Shown one piece after another: positions 37,856 to 50,893 of a stretch of 64,000 bases of DNA. Source of the stretch: Actinomycetota bacterium (GTDB lineage: Bacteria > Actinomycetota > UBA4738 > HRBIN12). Made by a program: the position numbers and the translations under genes. The stretch covers positions 64,922 through 128,921 of the forward strand of contig BPGL01000001.1 in the NCBI GenBank assembly GCA_026003015.1, given 5' to 3'. Within the stretch, counting starts at the first letter, position 1. The number at the start of each line of letters is the position of its first letter. Under the pieces are notes generated by a model. It searched no databases. It saw only the letters and a program-made list of their open reading frames with translations, and was not told the DNA's origin.

Positions 37856-37879
37856 ATGATGCCGCGCCCGTGGCATCAT
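37856..37879. promoter_or_regulatory. 8-8-8 palindrome upstream of the second polyamine ABC operon
   Basis: ATGATGCC-GCGCCCGT-GGCATCAT. Confidence 0.5.
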
Positions 37880-37914
37880 GCCCCGGCATCGGGTCCGTTC
37901 CGAGGGGGTGATAC

Positions 37915-39042
37915 GTGCCGGAGGTCGACGTACGGCTCGAGCGCGTGACGAAGCGCTTCGGCGAGGTCGTGGCGGTCGACGACCTGTCGCTGGACATCGC
38001 CGAGGGTGAGTTCTTCAGCCTCCTCGGGCCGTCGGGGTGCGGCAAGACGACGACCCTGCGGATGATCGGGGGGTTCGAGGACCCAACGATGGGGACGGTC
38101 TACCTCGGTGGACGCGACGTCACCGACCTGCCCCCCTACCGCCGGGACGTCAACACGGTGTTCCAGTCCTACGCGCTGTTCCCGCACCTCAACGTCTTCG
38201 AGAACGTCGCGTTCGGGTTGCGCCGACGCAAGGTGCCCAAGGACGAGATCGCGACGCGGGTCCGCGAGGCGATGCGGCTCGTCGACCTCGAGGGCTTCGA
38301 GGAGCGCCGGCCCGCCCAGATGTCGGGCGGGCAGCAGCAGCGGGTCGCGCTGGCCCGTGCCCTGGTGAACCGGCCCAAGGTGCTCTTGCTCGACGAGCCG
38401 CTGGGGGCCCTCGACCTGAAGCTCCGCAAGCAGATGCAGCTCGAGCTCAAGCGGATCCAGCAGGAGGTTGGCATCACGTTCATCTACGTGACGCACGACC
38501 AGGAAGAGGCCATGACGATGTCGAACCGGATCGCGGTCATGCGTCACGGGCGGATCGAGCAGCTCGGGGAGCCGGAGGCCGTCTACGAGAACCCCGCGAC
38601 CGAGTTCGTCGCGGGGTTCCTCGGCGCTTCGAACCTGCTCGAAGGGGAGGTCAAGGAGACGAACGGATCGGGGTTGGCGACCGTGCTGCTGACCGCGGGG
38701 CCGTCGGTGCGCCTGCCGGTGGACCGTCTCCCCGCCGGCGCCACGGGCCGCGTGAAGGTCGGTGTGCGGCCCGAGAAGGTGTCGATCGCCCCCGAGGGCG
38801 AGGCCGGGCCGGCCGACCGCAACACCGTGACGGGCCGGGTCACGATGTCCACGTACATCGGCGTGAGCCACCAGTTCAAGGTCCAGACGGCCGGCGGGGC
38901 GGAGCTCACCGTCTACGTACAGAACCTCGGGGCCGAGCGCTCCCCCGCGCAGGGGGAGAGCGTGGTCCTGACCTGGAAGCCGGAGCACACGTTCGCCGTG
39001 GAGCCGCAGGAGGACCTAACGAGCGAGGAGGATGAGGGATGA
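37915..39042 (+). CDS. potA: Polyamine ABC transporter ATP-binding protein
   Basis: [33 protein letters not shown]-like tail. Confidence 0.93.
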   Translation: MPEVDVRLERVTKRFGEVVAVDDLSLDIAEGEFFSLLGPSGCGKTTTLRMIGGFEDPTMGTVYLGGRDVTDLPPYRRDVNTVFQSYALFPHLNVFENVAFGLRRRKVPKDEIATRVREAMRLVDLEGFEERRPAQMSGGQQQRVALARALVNRPKVLLLDEPLGALDLKLRKQMQLELKRIQQEVGITFIYVTHDQEEAMTMSNRIAVMRHGRIEQLGEPEAVYENPATEFVAGFLGASNLLEGEVKETNGSGLATVLLTAGPSVRLPVDRLPAGATGRVKVGVRPEKVSIAPEGEAGPADRNTVTGRVTMSTYIGVSHQFKVQTAGGAELTVYVQNLGAERSPAQGESVVLTWKPEHTFAVEPQEDLTSEEDEG

Positions 39043-40340
39043 GCGACGCGCGGAGCGTGCCGGCGGGCGACCCGGCCTGGCTGCGGGGGATGACGATGCG
39101 GCGGATGTCCCGCCGGCAGATGATGCGCTACGCCGGGATGTCGGTCGGCACCCTGAGCCTTGCCTCGATCCTGGCGGCGTGTGGGGGCGACGGCGGTACC
39201 GGCGGCGGGACGCCGACGGAGCCCGGCGGCTCCACGATGCCCGACTACACCGCCGAGCCGGGCCCGGTGATCCGCTTCTCGAACTGGCCGCTGTACATCG
39301 ACAAGGCGCGGGACAAGGAGACGGGCGAGCGCTACTCCCCGTCGCTGCGGCTGTTCGAGGAGGAGACCGGGATCAAGGTCGAGTACACGACCGAGATCAA
39401 CGACAACGCGGCGTTCTTCGGCGAGCTGCTGCCGCTCCTGCAGGCGGGGCAGGACCCCGGGCGCGACATCATCGTGATCACGAACGGTCGCGAGTTCGCC
39501 GCGCTGACCCAGAACGGCTGGGTCTACGAGCTCGACCCGAACCTGCGACCGAACTTCGACGCGAACGCCGCCGCGTGGGCCAAGGACCCGAACTTCGACC
39601 CCGGCAACCGCTTCTCGATGGCCTGGCAGTCGGGGCTCACGGGGATCGGGTACAACACCGAGAAGGTCAAGCGGCCGCTCACGACCGCCGACGACCTCAT
39701 GAACCCCGACGTCGTGCCCCCGAGCTCGGTCGGCGTCCTGAAGGCCGACGCGCCGGACTTCGCGATGATCCAGCTCGGGATCGATCCCACGACCTCGGGC
39801 CCGGAGGAGTGGAAGGCGGCCGCGGACTGGCTCCGCAAGCTCCGCGACGCCCCGACGTTCCGCACCGCCTACGACCAGGCCTACGTCGACGACCTGACGG
39901 CGGGCAACCTCGCGGCGACGATGGGCTGGTCCGGGGACGTCCTCTACTACGCGCTGTGGGAGGACTACCCGTTCGAGTTCATCGTTCCGGAAGCCGGTGC
40001 GCTGATCTGGATCGACAACATGATGATCCCGGTGAACGCGCCGAACCCGCAGGGCGCCTACCAGCTGATGGACTTCTACTACCGGCCCGAGGTCGCCCAG
40101 ATGGTGACCGAATGGGTGCTGTACATGTCGCCCGTGCCGGCCGTCCAGCAGCTGATCGCCGAGCACGCCGAGCAGGAGAAGGGGGCCTACGCGGAGGCGC
40201 TCCGCCGGACCGCGGAGAACCCGTTCCTGTGGCCCGACGAGGAGCTCCTCGCGAAGGTCAAGTTCGGACGGCCGCTCACGACCGACGAGGAGGCCGCCGA
40301 GTGGGACTCGATCTTCCTGCCGGTCTGGGAGGGGCTGTGA
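39039..40340 (+). CDS. Polyamine ABC transporter substrate-binding lipoprotein, Tat-type signal
   Basis: SRRQMM twin-Arg-like motif, LAAC lipobox, NWPLYID, WSGD, WIDNM. Confidence 0.88.
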   Translation: MSDARSVPAGDPAWLRGMTMRRMSRRQMMRYAGMSVGTLSLASILAACGGDGGTGGGTPTEPGGSTMPDYTAEPGPVIRFSNWPLYIDKARDKETGERYSPSLRLFEEETGIKVEYTTEINDNAAFFGELLPLLQAGQDPGRDIIVITNGREFAALTQNGWVYELDPNLRPNFDANAAAWAKDPNFDPGNRFSMAWQSGLTGIGYNTEKVKRPLTTADDLMNPDVVPPSSVGVLKADAPDFAMIQLGIDPTTSGPEEWKAAADWLRKLRDAPTFRTAYDQAYVDDLTAGNLAATMGWSGDVLYYALWEDYPFEFIVPEAGALIWIDNMMIPVNAPNPQGAYQLMDFYYRPEVAQMVTEWVLYMSPVPAVQQLIAEHAEQEKGAYAEALRRTAENPFLWPDEELLAKVKFGRPLTTDEEAAEWDSIFLPVWEGL

Positions 40341-40362
40341 GCCTCCTGCCGTGGCCGGGCCC

Positions 40363-41313
40363 GTGAGCGACGAACGCACCGCGGTCGTTCTTCCGGCCGA
40401 GGGTCCGCTCGCCCCGCCCGCCCGGCAGGGTGAGCGGACCCTCGAGCGCCGGCGTCGCGCCGTCGCGTACCTGCTGCTTACACCCGGGACCCTATACCTG
40501 GCGCTGTTCTTCGCGCTCCCGCTGATCCTGATCATCTACACGTCGCTCAAAAGCGGCGGTCTGCTGTCCGGGGGCGGGTTCCGGTTCACGTGGCAGTGGG
40601 AGAACTACACCGACGGTCTGGCCACCTACGGGTCGTTCTACGTCCGCTCGGTCGTCTACGCGGGGATCGCGACGGTCGCCTGCATCCTGCTCGCATACCC
40701 GATGGCCTACTGGATCGCCTTCTACGGCGGTCGGTGGAAGTCGGCACTGTTCTTCATGATCCTCGTGCCGTTCTTCGTCTCGTTCGTGATCCGGACGGTG
40801 CAGTGGCGTTTCCTCCTCGGCGACTTCGGGCTGATCTTCGGGCCGCTGAAGGACCTCGGGCTGCTGCCGCAGGACTTCCGCGTGCTGGCGACCCCGCTCG
40901 CGGTCATCGCCGGGATCACGTACAACTTCCTCCCGTTCACCGCGTTGCCGCTGTACGTGGCCCTTGACCGGATCGACCGCAGCCTGATCGAGGCTGCCAA
41001 GGATCTGTACGCGACGAAGACCGAGGCGTTCCGCAAGGTCGTCCTCCCGCTGTCGTTCCCGGGCCTGTTCGCGGCCGTGATCCTCACGTTCGTGCCGGCC
41101 ACCGGCGACTACGTGAACTCCTCGGTCCTCGGGGGGCCCAACACGACGATGATCGGGCAGATCATCCAGACGAAGTTCCTGGTCGAGCTCCGCTACCCCG
41201 AGGCGGCGGCCCTGTCGGTCGTGCTGATGGTGGGGATGCTGCTGATCGCGCTGCTCTACGCGAAGGCGCTCGGAACCGAGGACGAGACCCTCGCGGCGGG
41301 GGCGGGGGCGTGA
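40363..41313 (+). CDS. Polyamine ABC permease (PotB-like)
   Basis: TMs; LIEAAKDLYA EAA loop; alternative GTG at 40351. Confidence 0.9.
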   Translation: MSDERTAVVLPAEGPLAPPARQGERTLERRRRAVAYLLLTPGTLYLALFFALPLILIIYTSLKSGGLLSGGGFRFTWQWENYTDGLATYGSFYVRSVVYAGIATVACILLAYPMAYWIAFYGGRWKSALFFMILVPFFVSFVIRTVQWRFLLGDFGLIFGPLKDLGLLPQDFRVLATPLAVIAGITYNFLPFTALPLYVALDRIDRSLIEAAKDLYATKTEAFRKVVLPLSFPGLFAAVILTFVPATGDYVNSSVLGGPNTTMIGQIIQTKFLVELRYPEAAALSVVLMVGMLLIALLYAKALGTEDETLAAGAGA

Positions 41314-42179
41314 GCGCGGTCGCGACCGCGGCGCCGCCCCCCGTCGAACGGGTCCGTCGCCGGCGGTGGACGTCGTTCATCCTGCCGGTGTTCACCGGTG
41401 CGATGATCTTCTACCTCGCGAGCCCGGTCTTCCTCATGGTGCTCTACGGGTTCAACGACCTCGCGGGGGAGCGCCAGGTGGCGCGCTTCACCTGCTGCAC
41501 GCTCGTGTGGTGGCGCCAGATGTTCGAGCTGCCGGACCTGAACCGCGCCCTTCGCACGTCGCTCACGGTGGCGTTCCCGTCGGCGATCGCGGCGACCGCG
41601 CTCGGCACGTTCATCGGGCTCGTCCTCGGGCGGTACCGGTTCAGCGGTCGCGCGGTCCTGAACTTCGTGATCTTCCTCGCGATCGCGATCCCCGAGATCG
41701 TCCTCGGATCGGCGCTGCTGTCGATGTACGTCCAGGTGAACGAGATGCGACCCTTCGGCGCCACGGTCCCGCTCGGCTACACCTCGATCCTGCTGTCCCA
41801 CATCTCCTTCTCGATCGCCTTCGTCGCGATCACGGTCCGCGCCCGCGTCCAAGGCCTCGACCGGACCCTGGAGAACGCGGCCCAGGACCTGTTCGCCACG
41901 CCGGCGGTCGCCTTCTGGCGCGTGACGCTTCCGCTGATCCTGCCCGGCGTGGTCGCCGGGTTCCTGCTCGCCTTCGTGCTGTCGCTCGACGACTTCGTGA
42001 TCACGAACTTCGTGAACGGCCAGACCGACACCTTCCCCACGTGGGTGTTCGGGACCTCGAAGATCGGGGTGCCGCCACAGGTGAACGTCTGGGGCACCGT
42101 GCTGTTCCTCGCGGGGGTGCTCACGGCCGGCGTGAGCCTCGCGCAGGCCTACCGCCGACGGACCGGCCGGGCCGCGTGA
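41310..42179 (+). CDS. Polyamine ABC permease (PotC-like)
   Basis: PEIVLG, LENAAQDL, LSLDDF. Confidence 0.9.
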   Translation: MSAVATAAPPPVERVRRRRWTSFILPVFTGAMIFYLASPVFLMVLYGFNDLAGERQVARFTCCTLVWWRQMFELPDLNRALRTSLTVAFPSAIAATALGTFIGLVLGRYRFSGRAVLNFVIFLAIAIPEIVLGSALLSMYVQVNEMRPFGATVPLGYTSILLSHISFSIAFVAITVRARVQGLDRTLENAAQDLFATPAVAFWRVTLPLILPGVVAGFLLAFVLSLDDFVITNFVNGQTDTFPTWVFGTSKIGVPPQVNVWGTVLFLAGVLTAGVSLAQAYRRRTGRAA

Positions 42180-42246
42180 GGCGGTCCAGCGCTCGTGAAC
42201 GGATTCACGAGCGCCTGGACGAGGGCTCTGACCTGCGGAAACGCCT

Positions 42247-42275
42247 TTGACGCGGCGCGGGACCGCCCCTATACT
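42247..42275 (+). promoter_or_regulatory. Housekeeping sigma promoter of the atp operon
   Basis: TTGACG-N17-TATACT, 10 nt before ATG at 42286. Confidence 0.85.
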
Positions 42276-42285
42276 CCCTGCGCCC

Positions 42286-42507
42286 ATGCAGGGACGCCAC
42301 CGCGGGGACGCCTGGAGGTCGGCGAACCAGGCCTGGGACGTGATCGGCACCCTCCTCGCCGGGATCCTCGTCTGGGGAGGGGTCGGCCACGTCCTGGACC
42401 GCTGGTTCGGCTTCGGCCAGGGCGTCCTGCTGCCGGCCGGGATGGTCCTCGGCGTGGGCGTGGCGGTCTACCTGATCTCCAGGCGGTACGGCGCTGACGA
42501 TCGCTGA
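42286..42507 (+). CDS. AtpZ/AtpI-family small membrane protein
   Basis: Two TMs with GHVLDRWFG; first gene of the atp operon. Confidence 0.8.
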   Translation: MQGRHRGDAWRSANQAWDVIGTLLAGILVWGGVGHVLDRWFGFGQGVLLPAGMVLGVGVAVYLISRRYGADDR

Positions 42508-42517
42508 TCGACCCGAG

Positions 42518-42943
42518 GTGGTGCTGGTGCGGCGGGCGATGCTGCCCGCCGCCGCCGGCGTGGCGCTCGCCCTCGTGCTCGGCGCCGTCCTCGGGGGTCG
42601 CGAGGCGGCCTGGTCCGCGGCGCTGGGCGTGGCGATCGTCGCCGCGAACTTCGCCGCTCACGGCCTGTCCTTGGCGTGGGCCTCGACCGTGTCGATCGCC
42701 GCGGTGGTCGGCGTCGCGCTCGGCGGGGTCGTCGTTCGGCTGGGCGCGATCGTCGCCGCGATCGCCGCGCTCGACCGGCTCGAGCCCTTCTCGGCCCACG
42801 CGTTCGCCGCCGCCGTCGTGCCGGCGACCGTCGCGCTGCTGGCCGTCGAGGCCCGGCTGGTCGCGCGCGGCATCGGCGGCGACCTGGATCTGCCCCCCGA
42901 CGAACCGGTCGTCCGGCTGTCGCTGGCGCGGAGGCCGCGGTGA
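42518..42943 (+). CDS. ATP synthase protein I-like membrane protein
   Basis: Four hydrophobic segments, immediately upstream of atpB. Confidence 0.75.
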   Translation: MVLVRRAMLPAAAGVALALVLGAVLGGREAAWSAALGVAIVAANFAAHGLSLAWASTVSIAAVVGVALGGVVVRLGAIVAAIAALDRLEPFSAHAFAAAVVPATVALLAVEARLVARGIGGDLDLPPDEPVVRLSLARRPR

Positions 42944-43764
42944 CCGGGTTGCTCGCCGTGCTGTCGACCCCGCCCGAGGGTTTCCACGCGCCCGGCACCG
43001 AGATCTTCCAGTACGCCGGGAACCCCGAGCTGTGCCTGATCGGTTCCGGGCCGTTGTGCATCCAGAAGGTCACGCTGCTGATGCTGCTGTCGGCGGTGGC
43101 GATCTCGGCCTTCTTCCTCATGGCGTTCCGGGCGCCCCGCCTCGTGCCGCGGGGCGTGCAGGGGGTGGCCGAGGGGCTCGTCGACATCGTGCGTCGGGGG
43201 GTCGTGCTTGAGGTGATGGGGCCCGACGGCCTCCCGTTCCTGCCCCTGCTCACGACCCTGTTCGTGTTCATCTGGGTGAACAACAGCCTCGGGATCATCC
43301 CCTTGATCCAGTTCCCGACGACCTCGCGGATGGCGATCCCGGCGGTGCTGGCCGGGCTCGTGTGGCTCGTGTTCAACGTCGTGGGGATCGTGAAGCAGGG
43401 GGGCCTCGGCTACCTCAAGAACGTGCTGTTCCCTCCCGGGGTGCCCGCGCCGATCTACGTCCTCGTGACCCCCATCGAGTTCGTCTCCACGTTCCTGGTG
43501 CGGCCGCTCACGCTGGCCGTCCGTCTCGGGGCCAACATGATCGCGGGGCACCTGATCCTGACGATCTTCGCCGTCGGCTGTTGGTACCTGTTCTCGCATC
43601 TGTGGACGCCGGGAGCCGACTGGGTCGCCGGGTTCGGGGTCTTCTCCTTCGCGCTGCTCGTCTTCATGACGGGCTTCGAGGTCCTCGTGGCGTTCCTGCA
43701 GGCGTACATCTTCACGATGCTTACCGCGGTCTACATCGCCGGGGCGATGCACCCCGAGCACTGA
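42940..43764 (+). CDS. atpB: ATP synthase F0 subunit a
   Basis: RPLTLAVRLGANMIAGH, LQAYIF. Confidence 0.97.
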   Translation: MTGLLAVLSTPPEGFHAPGTEIFQYAGNPELCLIGSGPLCIQKVTLLMLLSAVAISAFFLMAFRAPRLVPRGVQGVAEGLVDIVRRGVVLEVMGPDGLPFLPLLTTLFVFIWVNNSLGIIPLIQFPTTSRMAIPAVLAGLVWLVFNVVGIVKQGGLGYLKNVLFPPGVPAPIYVLVTPIEFVSTFLVRPLTLAVRLGANMIAGHLILTIFAVGCWYLFSHLWTPGADWVAGFGVFSFALLVFMTGFEVLVAFLQAYIFTMLTAVYIAGAMHPEH

Positions 43765-44031
<267 letters not shown>

Positions 44032-44038
44032 GGACCGT

Positions 44039-44614
44039 GTGATGCTGGGAGCGATCGCGTCGATCGGGCTGCTCGCCGCCGAGGCGGCGGAGGAGGCAGC
44101 GGCCGGGCCGGAGAACCCGATCCTGCCCGACCTGGCGGAGATGATCTTCGGCACCCTTGCCTTCCTCATCGTCTTCGGGGTCCTCGCGCGCTACGCGTTC
44201 CCCGCTTTGAATCGGATCCTCGCCGAGCGGGCCGCCAGGATCCAGGGGGAGATGGAGCGCGCCGAGGCCGCGAGGACCGAGGCCGACCGGGTGCTCGCCG
44301 AGTACCGCGAGCAGCTCGCCGGGGCTCGAGAGGAGGCCAACCGCATCATCGAGGAGGCGCGCAGGACCGCGGAGCAGCTCCGGCGGGACCTGCAGGCCAA
44401 GGCCGAGCAGGAGGCGCAGGCCACGGTCGCCCGGGCGCAGGAGGAGATCCGCGCCGAGCGCGATCGGGTCTTCGACGAGCTGCGGGCGCAGGTCGCCGAC
44501 ATCGCCGTCGAGCTCGCCGGGCGCGTGGTCGGTCAGGCCCTCGACCGGGCCGCCCACGAGCGGCTCATCGAGGAGTACATCGACCAGGTCGCCGGCTCGA
44601 ACGGGAGCCGCTGA
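44039..44614 (+). CDS. atpF: ATP synthase F0 subunit b
   Basis: NPILP, single TM, long charged helix. Confidence 0.95.
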   Translation: MMLGAIASIGLLAAEAAEEAAAGPENPILPDLAEMIFGTLAFLIVFGVLARYAFPALNRILAERAARIQGEMERAEAARTEADRVLAEYREQLAGAREEANRIIEEARRTAEQLRRDLQAKAEQEAQATVARAQEEIRAERDRVFDELRAQVADIAVELAGRVVGQALDRAAHERLIEEYIDQVAGSNGSR

Positions 44615-45177
44615 TGGTCGAGGCCCCCGCCGAGCGGCGCCCGAGCGGTGACGAACGCGTGCGCGGCTACGCGAGCGCGCTCGTCACCATCGCGGAGGCG
44701 GAGGGCGCGCTGGGCCGGGTCGAGGACGAGCTGTTCGCGTTCGCGAAGGCGGCGGAGCAGCACCCCCGCCTGCGCGACGCGCTCGCCGATCGGGCCCTGC
44801 CCGTCGACAACCGCGTCGCCCTGGTCCGCGACGTCCTCGGCGACCGGGTGCACCCGGTGACGCTCACCCTCCTGTCGTTGCTGGTGGAGGCCGGTCGCGC
44901 TCGGGAGCTGGTGCCGATCGCCGAGGCCGTGGCCTCGATCGCGGCCCAGCGGCGCTCGCGGGTGGTCGCGGAGGTTCGGACGGCGGTGCCGCTCACCGAG
45001 GCCCAGCGCGAGCGCCTCGAGCATGCGCTGTCGCGCGCGACCGGGCGGACGGTGGAGGCGAAGGTCGTGATCGATCCGACCGTGGTCGGTGGCGTGGTCG
45101 CCAAGGTCGGGGACGAGGTGTTCGACGGCTCGATCGCGAGCCGTCTGCGCGAAGCCAAGCACGTACTCGGGGGTTGA
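44614..45177 (+). CDS. atpH: ATP synthase F1 subunit delta
   Basis: YASAL, IDPTVVGG, FDGSI. Confidence 0.95.
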   Translation: MVEAPAERRPSGDERVRGYASALVTIAEAEGALGRVEDELFAFAKAAEQHPRLRDALADRALPVDNRVALVRDVLGDRVHPVTLTLLSLLVEAGRARELVPIAEAVASIAAQRRSRVVAEVRTAVPLTEAQRERLEHALSRATGRTVEAKVVIDPTVVGGVVAKVGDEVFDGSIASRLREAKHVLGG

Positions 45178-45180
45178 GCG

Positions 45181-46827
45181 ATGGCACTGAACCTGGATCC
45201 CGCGAGCATCGCCGAGGCGCTCCGGCGCAACGTCGAGAGCTGGACGCCGTCGGTCGAGCGCGAGGAGATCGGGCGGGTGGTCGAGTCGGGCGACGGGATC
45301 GCCCGCGTCTCGGGGCTGCCGCGCACGATGGCCAACGAGCTCCTCGAGTTCCCCAACGGGCTTTTGGGCGTCGCCTTCAACCTCGATGAGGACGAGATCG
45401 GCTGCATCATCTTCGGGGACGCCGCCGCGATCGAGGAGGGCGATCCCGTCAAACAGACGGGTCAGATCCTCTCGATCCCGGTGGGGGACGGCTTCCTGGG
45501 TCGCGTCGTCGACGCGCTCGGGCGCCCGATCGACGACCGCGGGCCGATCCCGGCCACCGAGCGACGCGCCCTCGAGGTCCAGGCGCCCTCCGTGGTCTCG
45601 CGCCAGCCGGTGAAGGAGCCGCTGCAGACCGGCATCACGGCGATCGACGCGATGACCCCGATCGGCCGTGGGCAGCGGGAGCTCATCATCGGCGATCGCC
45701 AGACCGGCAAGACCGCGATCGCCATCGACACGATCATCGCCCAGCGCGAGCACTGGGGGACCGAGCGGGCGGTGAAGTGCATCTACGTCGCCGTCGGGCA
45801 GAAGGCCTCCACCGTCGCGGAGGTCGTCGAGACCCTCCGCGAGCACGGCGCCCTGGACTACACGGTCGTGGTGAACGCGCCGGCGGCCGACCCCGCGCCG
45901 TTCCAGTACATCGCCCCCTACGCTGGCGCCGCCTTGGGCGCGCACTGGATGTGGAACGGCGACCACGCCCTGATCGTCTACGACGACCTGTCCAAGCAGG
46001 CGGTCGCCTATCGCGAGATCTCGCTGCTGCTGCGGCGCCCGCCCGGCCGCGAGGCCTATCCCGGGGATGTCTTCTACCTGCATTCCCGTCTGCTCGAGCG
46101 CGCGGCCAAGCTTTCCGACGAGCTCGGCGGCGGATCCCTCACGGCGCTTCCGATCATCGAGACGAAGGGCGGCGACGTGTCCGCCTACATCCCGACGAAC
46201 GTGATCTCGATCACCGACGGGCAGATCTACTTGGAGCCGGAGCTGTTCTTCTCCGGCGTGCGTCCCGCGATCAACGTGGGCATCTCGGTCTCCCGGGTCG
46301 GGGGCAACGCGCAGATCAAGGCGATGAAGAAGGTCGCCGGCCGCCTGAGGATCGACCTCGCCCAGTACCGGGCGCTCGAGGCCTTCGCGCAGTTCGGCTC
46401 CGAGCTCGACCGCGCCTCGCAACAACAGCTCGCCCGCGGCGCGCGCGTGATCGAGGTGCTGAAGCAGCCTCAGTACGCGCCGATCCCCGTGGAGCAGCAG
46501 GTCGTGCAGATCCTCGTCGTGACCGGGGGGCACGCCGACGCCTACCCGGTCCAGGACGCGAAGCGCTTCGTCGAAGGCTTCGTGGCCTACCTCGACGCCC
46601 GGCACCCGGAGGTCCTCACGTCGATCCGCGAGACGGGGGACCTCAGCGAGCAGACCGAGGCCACGATCGAGCAGGCCCTCGCCGCGTACCGCGAGACGTT
46701 CGTGCCCAGCGGCCAGCCGGAGGGCTCCGAGGCCGCGATCGGCGAGACGACCCCGCCCGACGAGGTCCGCCCCGACGTCGGGTGGGACCGGATGAGCTCG
46801 GTCGACGAGGAGGAGGCGGGCGCGTAG
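45181..46827 (+). CDS. atpA: ATP synthase F1 subunit alpha
   Basis: [29 protein letters not shown]. Confidence 0.98.
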   Translation: MALNLDPASIAEALRRNVESWTPSVEREEIGRVVESGDGIARVSGLPRTMANELLEFPNGLLGVAFNLDEDEIGCIIFGDAAAIEEGDPVKQTGQILSIPVGDGFLGRVVDALGRPIDDRGPIPATERRALEVQAPSVVSRQPVKEPLQTGITAIDAMTPIGRGQRELIIGDRQTGKTAIAIDTIIAQREHWGTERAVKCIYVAVGQKASTVAEVVETLREHGALDYTVVVNAPAADPAPFQYIAPYAGAALGAHWMWNGDHALIVYDDLSKQAVAYREISLLLRRPPGREAYPGDVFYLHSRLLERAAKLSDELGGGSLTALPIIETKGGDVSAYIPTNVISITDGQIYLEPELFFSGVRPAINVGISVSRVGGNAQIKAMKKVAGRLRIDLAQYRALEAFAQFGSELDRASQQQLARGARVIEVLKQPQYAPIPVEQQVVQILVVTGGHADAYPVQDAKRFVEGFVAYLDARHPEVLTSIRETGDLSEQTEATIEQALAAYRETFVPSGQPEGSEAAIGETTPPDEVRPDVGWDRMSSVDEEEAGA

Positions 46828-46830
46828 CCG

Positions 46831-47727
46831 ATGGGCGCGAAGCTCCGCGTCGTCCGCCGGCGGATCCGATCGGTCCAGTCGACGAAGAAGATCACCCGGG
46901 CGATGGAGCTGATCGCCTCCTCCAGGATCGTCAAGGCCCAGCAGCGCGTCGAGGGCTCCCGGCCCTACGCGGTGCAGCTCACCCGGGCGATGGAGGACGT
47001 CGCGCGCTACGCGGGGGGATCGCTTCGCCACCCGCTGCTCGAGGAGCGCTCGCCGGCCAGGCGCGGCGGGGTCCTCGTCATCACCTCCGACCGCGGCCTG
47101 GCCGGCTCCTACAACGCGAACGTGCTGAAGATCGCCGAGGACCTGCGCGAGGGTCTCGCTCGTCGGGGGCTCGAGCCGGTCGTGTACGTGATCGGCAAGA
47201 AGGGGGCCGGGTACTTCCGGTTCCGTCGGGTGCCCGTCGCGGCGGCCTGGCAGGGGTTCAGCGAGGTCCCCCCCTACGAGAAGGCCGAGGAGGTCGGGGA
47301 GCGGCTGATCGCCGACTTCGCGGAGCAGGCGATCGACGAGCTCCACTGCGCCTACACCGACTTCCGCTCGGCGTTCACGCTGCGAGCGACCGCCAAGCGG
47401 TTCTTGCCGATCGCTCCCGAGGAGGTCACGGGCACCGGGCCTCGGCCGATCCACGCGGAGTACCTCTTCGAGCCGTCGCCGGCCGAGATCCTCGACCACC
47501 TCCTGCCGCGCTACCTGATCACGAAGGTCTACGCGGCGCTGCTCGAGTCGGCGGCCTCGGAGAACGCCGCACGGCGCCGCGCGATGAAGGCGGCCACCGA
47601 CAACGCGGAGGAGCTGATCAAGGTCCTCACGCGCCAGGCGAACCGAGCGCGGCAGGACGAGATCACGACGGAGATCATGGAGATCGTGGGCGGGGCCGAG
47701 GCGCTGGCCGCCGCCTCGGAGGAATAG
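46831..47727 (+). CDS. atpG: ATP synthase F1 subunit gamma
   Basis: KITRAMELIA, SDRGLAG, RQDEITTEIMEI. Confidence 0.98.
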   Translation: MGAKLRVVRRRIRSVQSTKKITRAMELIASSRIVKAQQRVEGSRPYAVQLTRAMEDVARYAGGSLRHPLLEERSPARRGGVLVITSDRGLAGSYNANVLKIAEDLREGLARRGLEPVVYVIGKKGAGYFRFRRVPVAAAWQGFSEVPPYEKAEEVGERLIADFAEQAIDELHCAYTDFRSAFTLRATAKRFLPIAPEEVTGTGPRPIHAEYLFEPSPAEILDHLLPRYLITKVYAALLESAASENAARRRAMKAATDNAEELIKVLTRQANRARQDEITTEIMEIVGGAEALAAASEE

Positions 47728-49568
<1,841 letters not shown>

Positions 49569-49603
49569 GGACCGCTCGGCCGCGAGCGCGTAGCATCCTG
49601 GCC

Positions 49604-50893
49604 GTGGAGCGCCTCCTCGTGACCGGCGGCGGCACCCTGCGGGGGGACGTGCGGGTGTCCGGCGCGAAGAACGCCGCGCTCAAGCTCATGGCCGCGGCGC
49701 TGCTCGCGCCCGGCGAGAGCCGGGTGGACAACGTCCCCCGGATCCTCGACTGCCGGCTGATGGGCGAGGTTCTCGCGCGTCTCGGCGTGGGGGTGTCCTG
49801 GGAGGGCGCGAGCGTGCGGATCGACGCGTCGGAGCTGTCGGCGATCGAGGCTCCCTACGACCTCGTGCGGCGGATGCGAGCGTCGATCGTCGTGCTCGGC
49901 CCGCTGCTCGCTCGTTGCGGGCGGGCTCGCGTCGCGATGCCGGGTGGGGACGAGATCGGCTCGCGCCCGATCGATCTGCACCTCGGCGGCCTGTCGAGGA
50001 TGGGGGCGGAGATCACGCTCGAGCACGGGTTCGTGGACGCGCGGGCGCCGCACGGTCTGCGGGGCGCACAGCTCACGCTCGACTACCCGAGCGTCGGGGC
50101 GACGGAGAACCTCATGATGGCCGCGGTCGCCGCGCGCGGACGGACCGTGATCGACAACGCCGCGCGCGAGCCCGAGATCGCCGACCTCGCGTCGTTCCTC
50201 TCGGCGATGGGCGCGCGCATCGACGGCGCGGGGTCGAGCTCGATCGAGATCGAGGGGGTGGACGGGTTCCACCCCACCGCGCACGTCACCATCCCCGACC
50301 GGATCGAGGCGGGGACCTGGGCGATCGCGGCCGTCGCGAGCCGTGGCGACGTGACCGTCCACGACGCCCGCCCCGACCACATGGAGCTGTTGCTCAGCAA
50401 GCTCCACGACGCGGGGGCCGAGATCGAGGCGACGCCGGGGCGCGTCCGGGTGCGCCAGCCCCTGCGGCCGCGCGCCGTCGACTTCGTCACGCTTCCGTAT
50501 CCGGGCCTCGCGACGGACTTCCAGCCGATCCTGCTCGCGATGCTCGCCGTGGCCGAGGGAACGTCGATCGCGACGGAGAACGTCTTCGAACGACGCTTCC
50601 TGTACGTCGACGAGCTCCGGCGGATGGGCGCGGACATCCGCACCGAGGGGCACCACGCGGTCGTGCGAGGGGTTCCGCGCCTGTCGGCCGCCCCGGTGCG
50701 GGCGCTGGACATCCGGGCCGGCGCGGCCATGGTGATCGCCGCGCTCGTCGCCGACGGCGTGACCGAGATCAGCGAGGTGCACCACATCGACCGCGGCTAC
50801 GAGCACCTCGAGGAGAAGCTCCGCGCGCTCGGCGTCGAGGCACGCCGCAGGGGCGACCGTCGGTTCGTGGCCGATCCCGCGGAGGCGCGATGA
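49604..50893 (+). CDS. murA: UDP-N-acetylglucosamine 1-carboxyvinyltransferase (Asp-type)
   Basis: [34 protein letters not shown]. Confidence 0.97.
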   Translation: MERLLVTGGGTLRGDVRVSGAKNAALKLMAAALLAPGESRVDNVPRILDCRLMGEVLARLGVGVSWEGASVRIDASELSAIEAPYDLVRRMRASIVVLGPLLARCGRARVAMPGGDEIGSRPIDLHLGGLSRMGAEITLEHGFVDARAPHGLRGAQLTLDYPSVGATENLMMAAVAARGRTVIDNAAREPEIADLASFLSAMGARIDGAGSSSIEIEGVDGFHPTAHVTIPDRIEAGTWAIAAVASRGDVTVHDARPDHMELLLSKLHDAGAEIEATPGRVRVRQPLRPRAVDFVTLPYPGLATDFQPILLAMLAVAEGTSIATENVFERRFLYVDELRRMGADIRTEGHHAVVRGVPRLSAAPVRALDIRAGAAMVIAALVADGVTEISEVHHIDRGYEHLEEKLRALGVEARRRGDRRFVADPAEAR

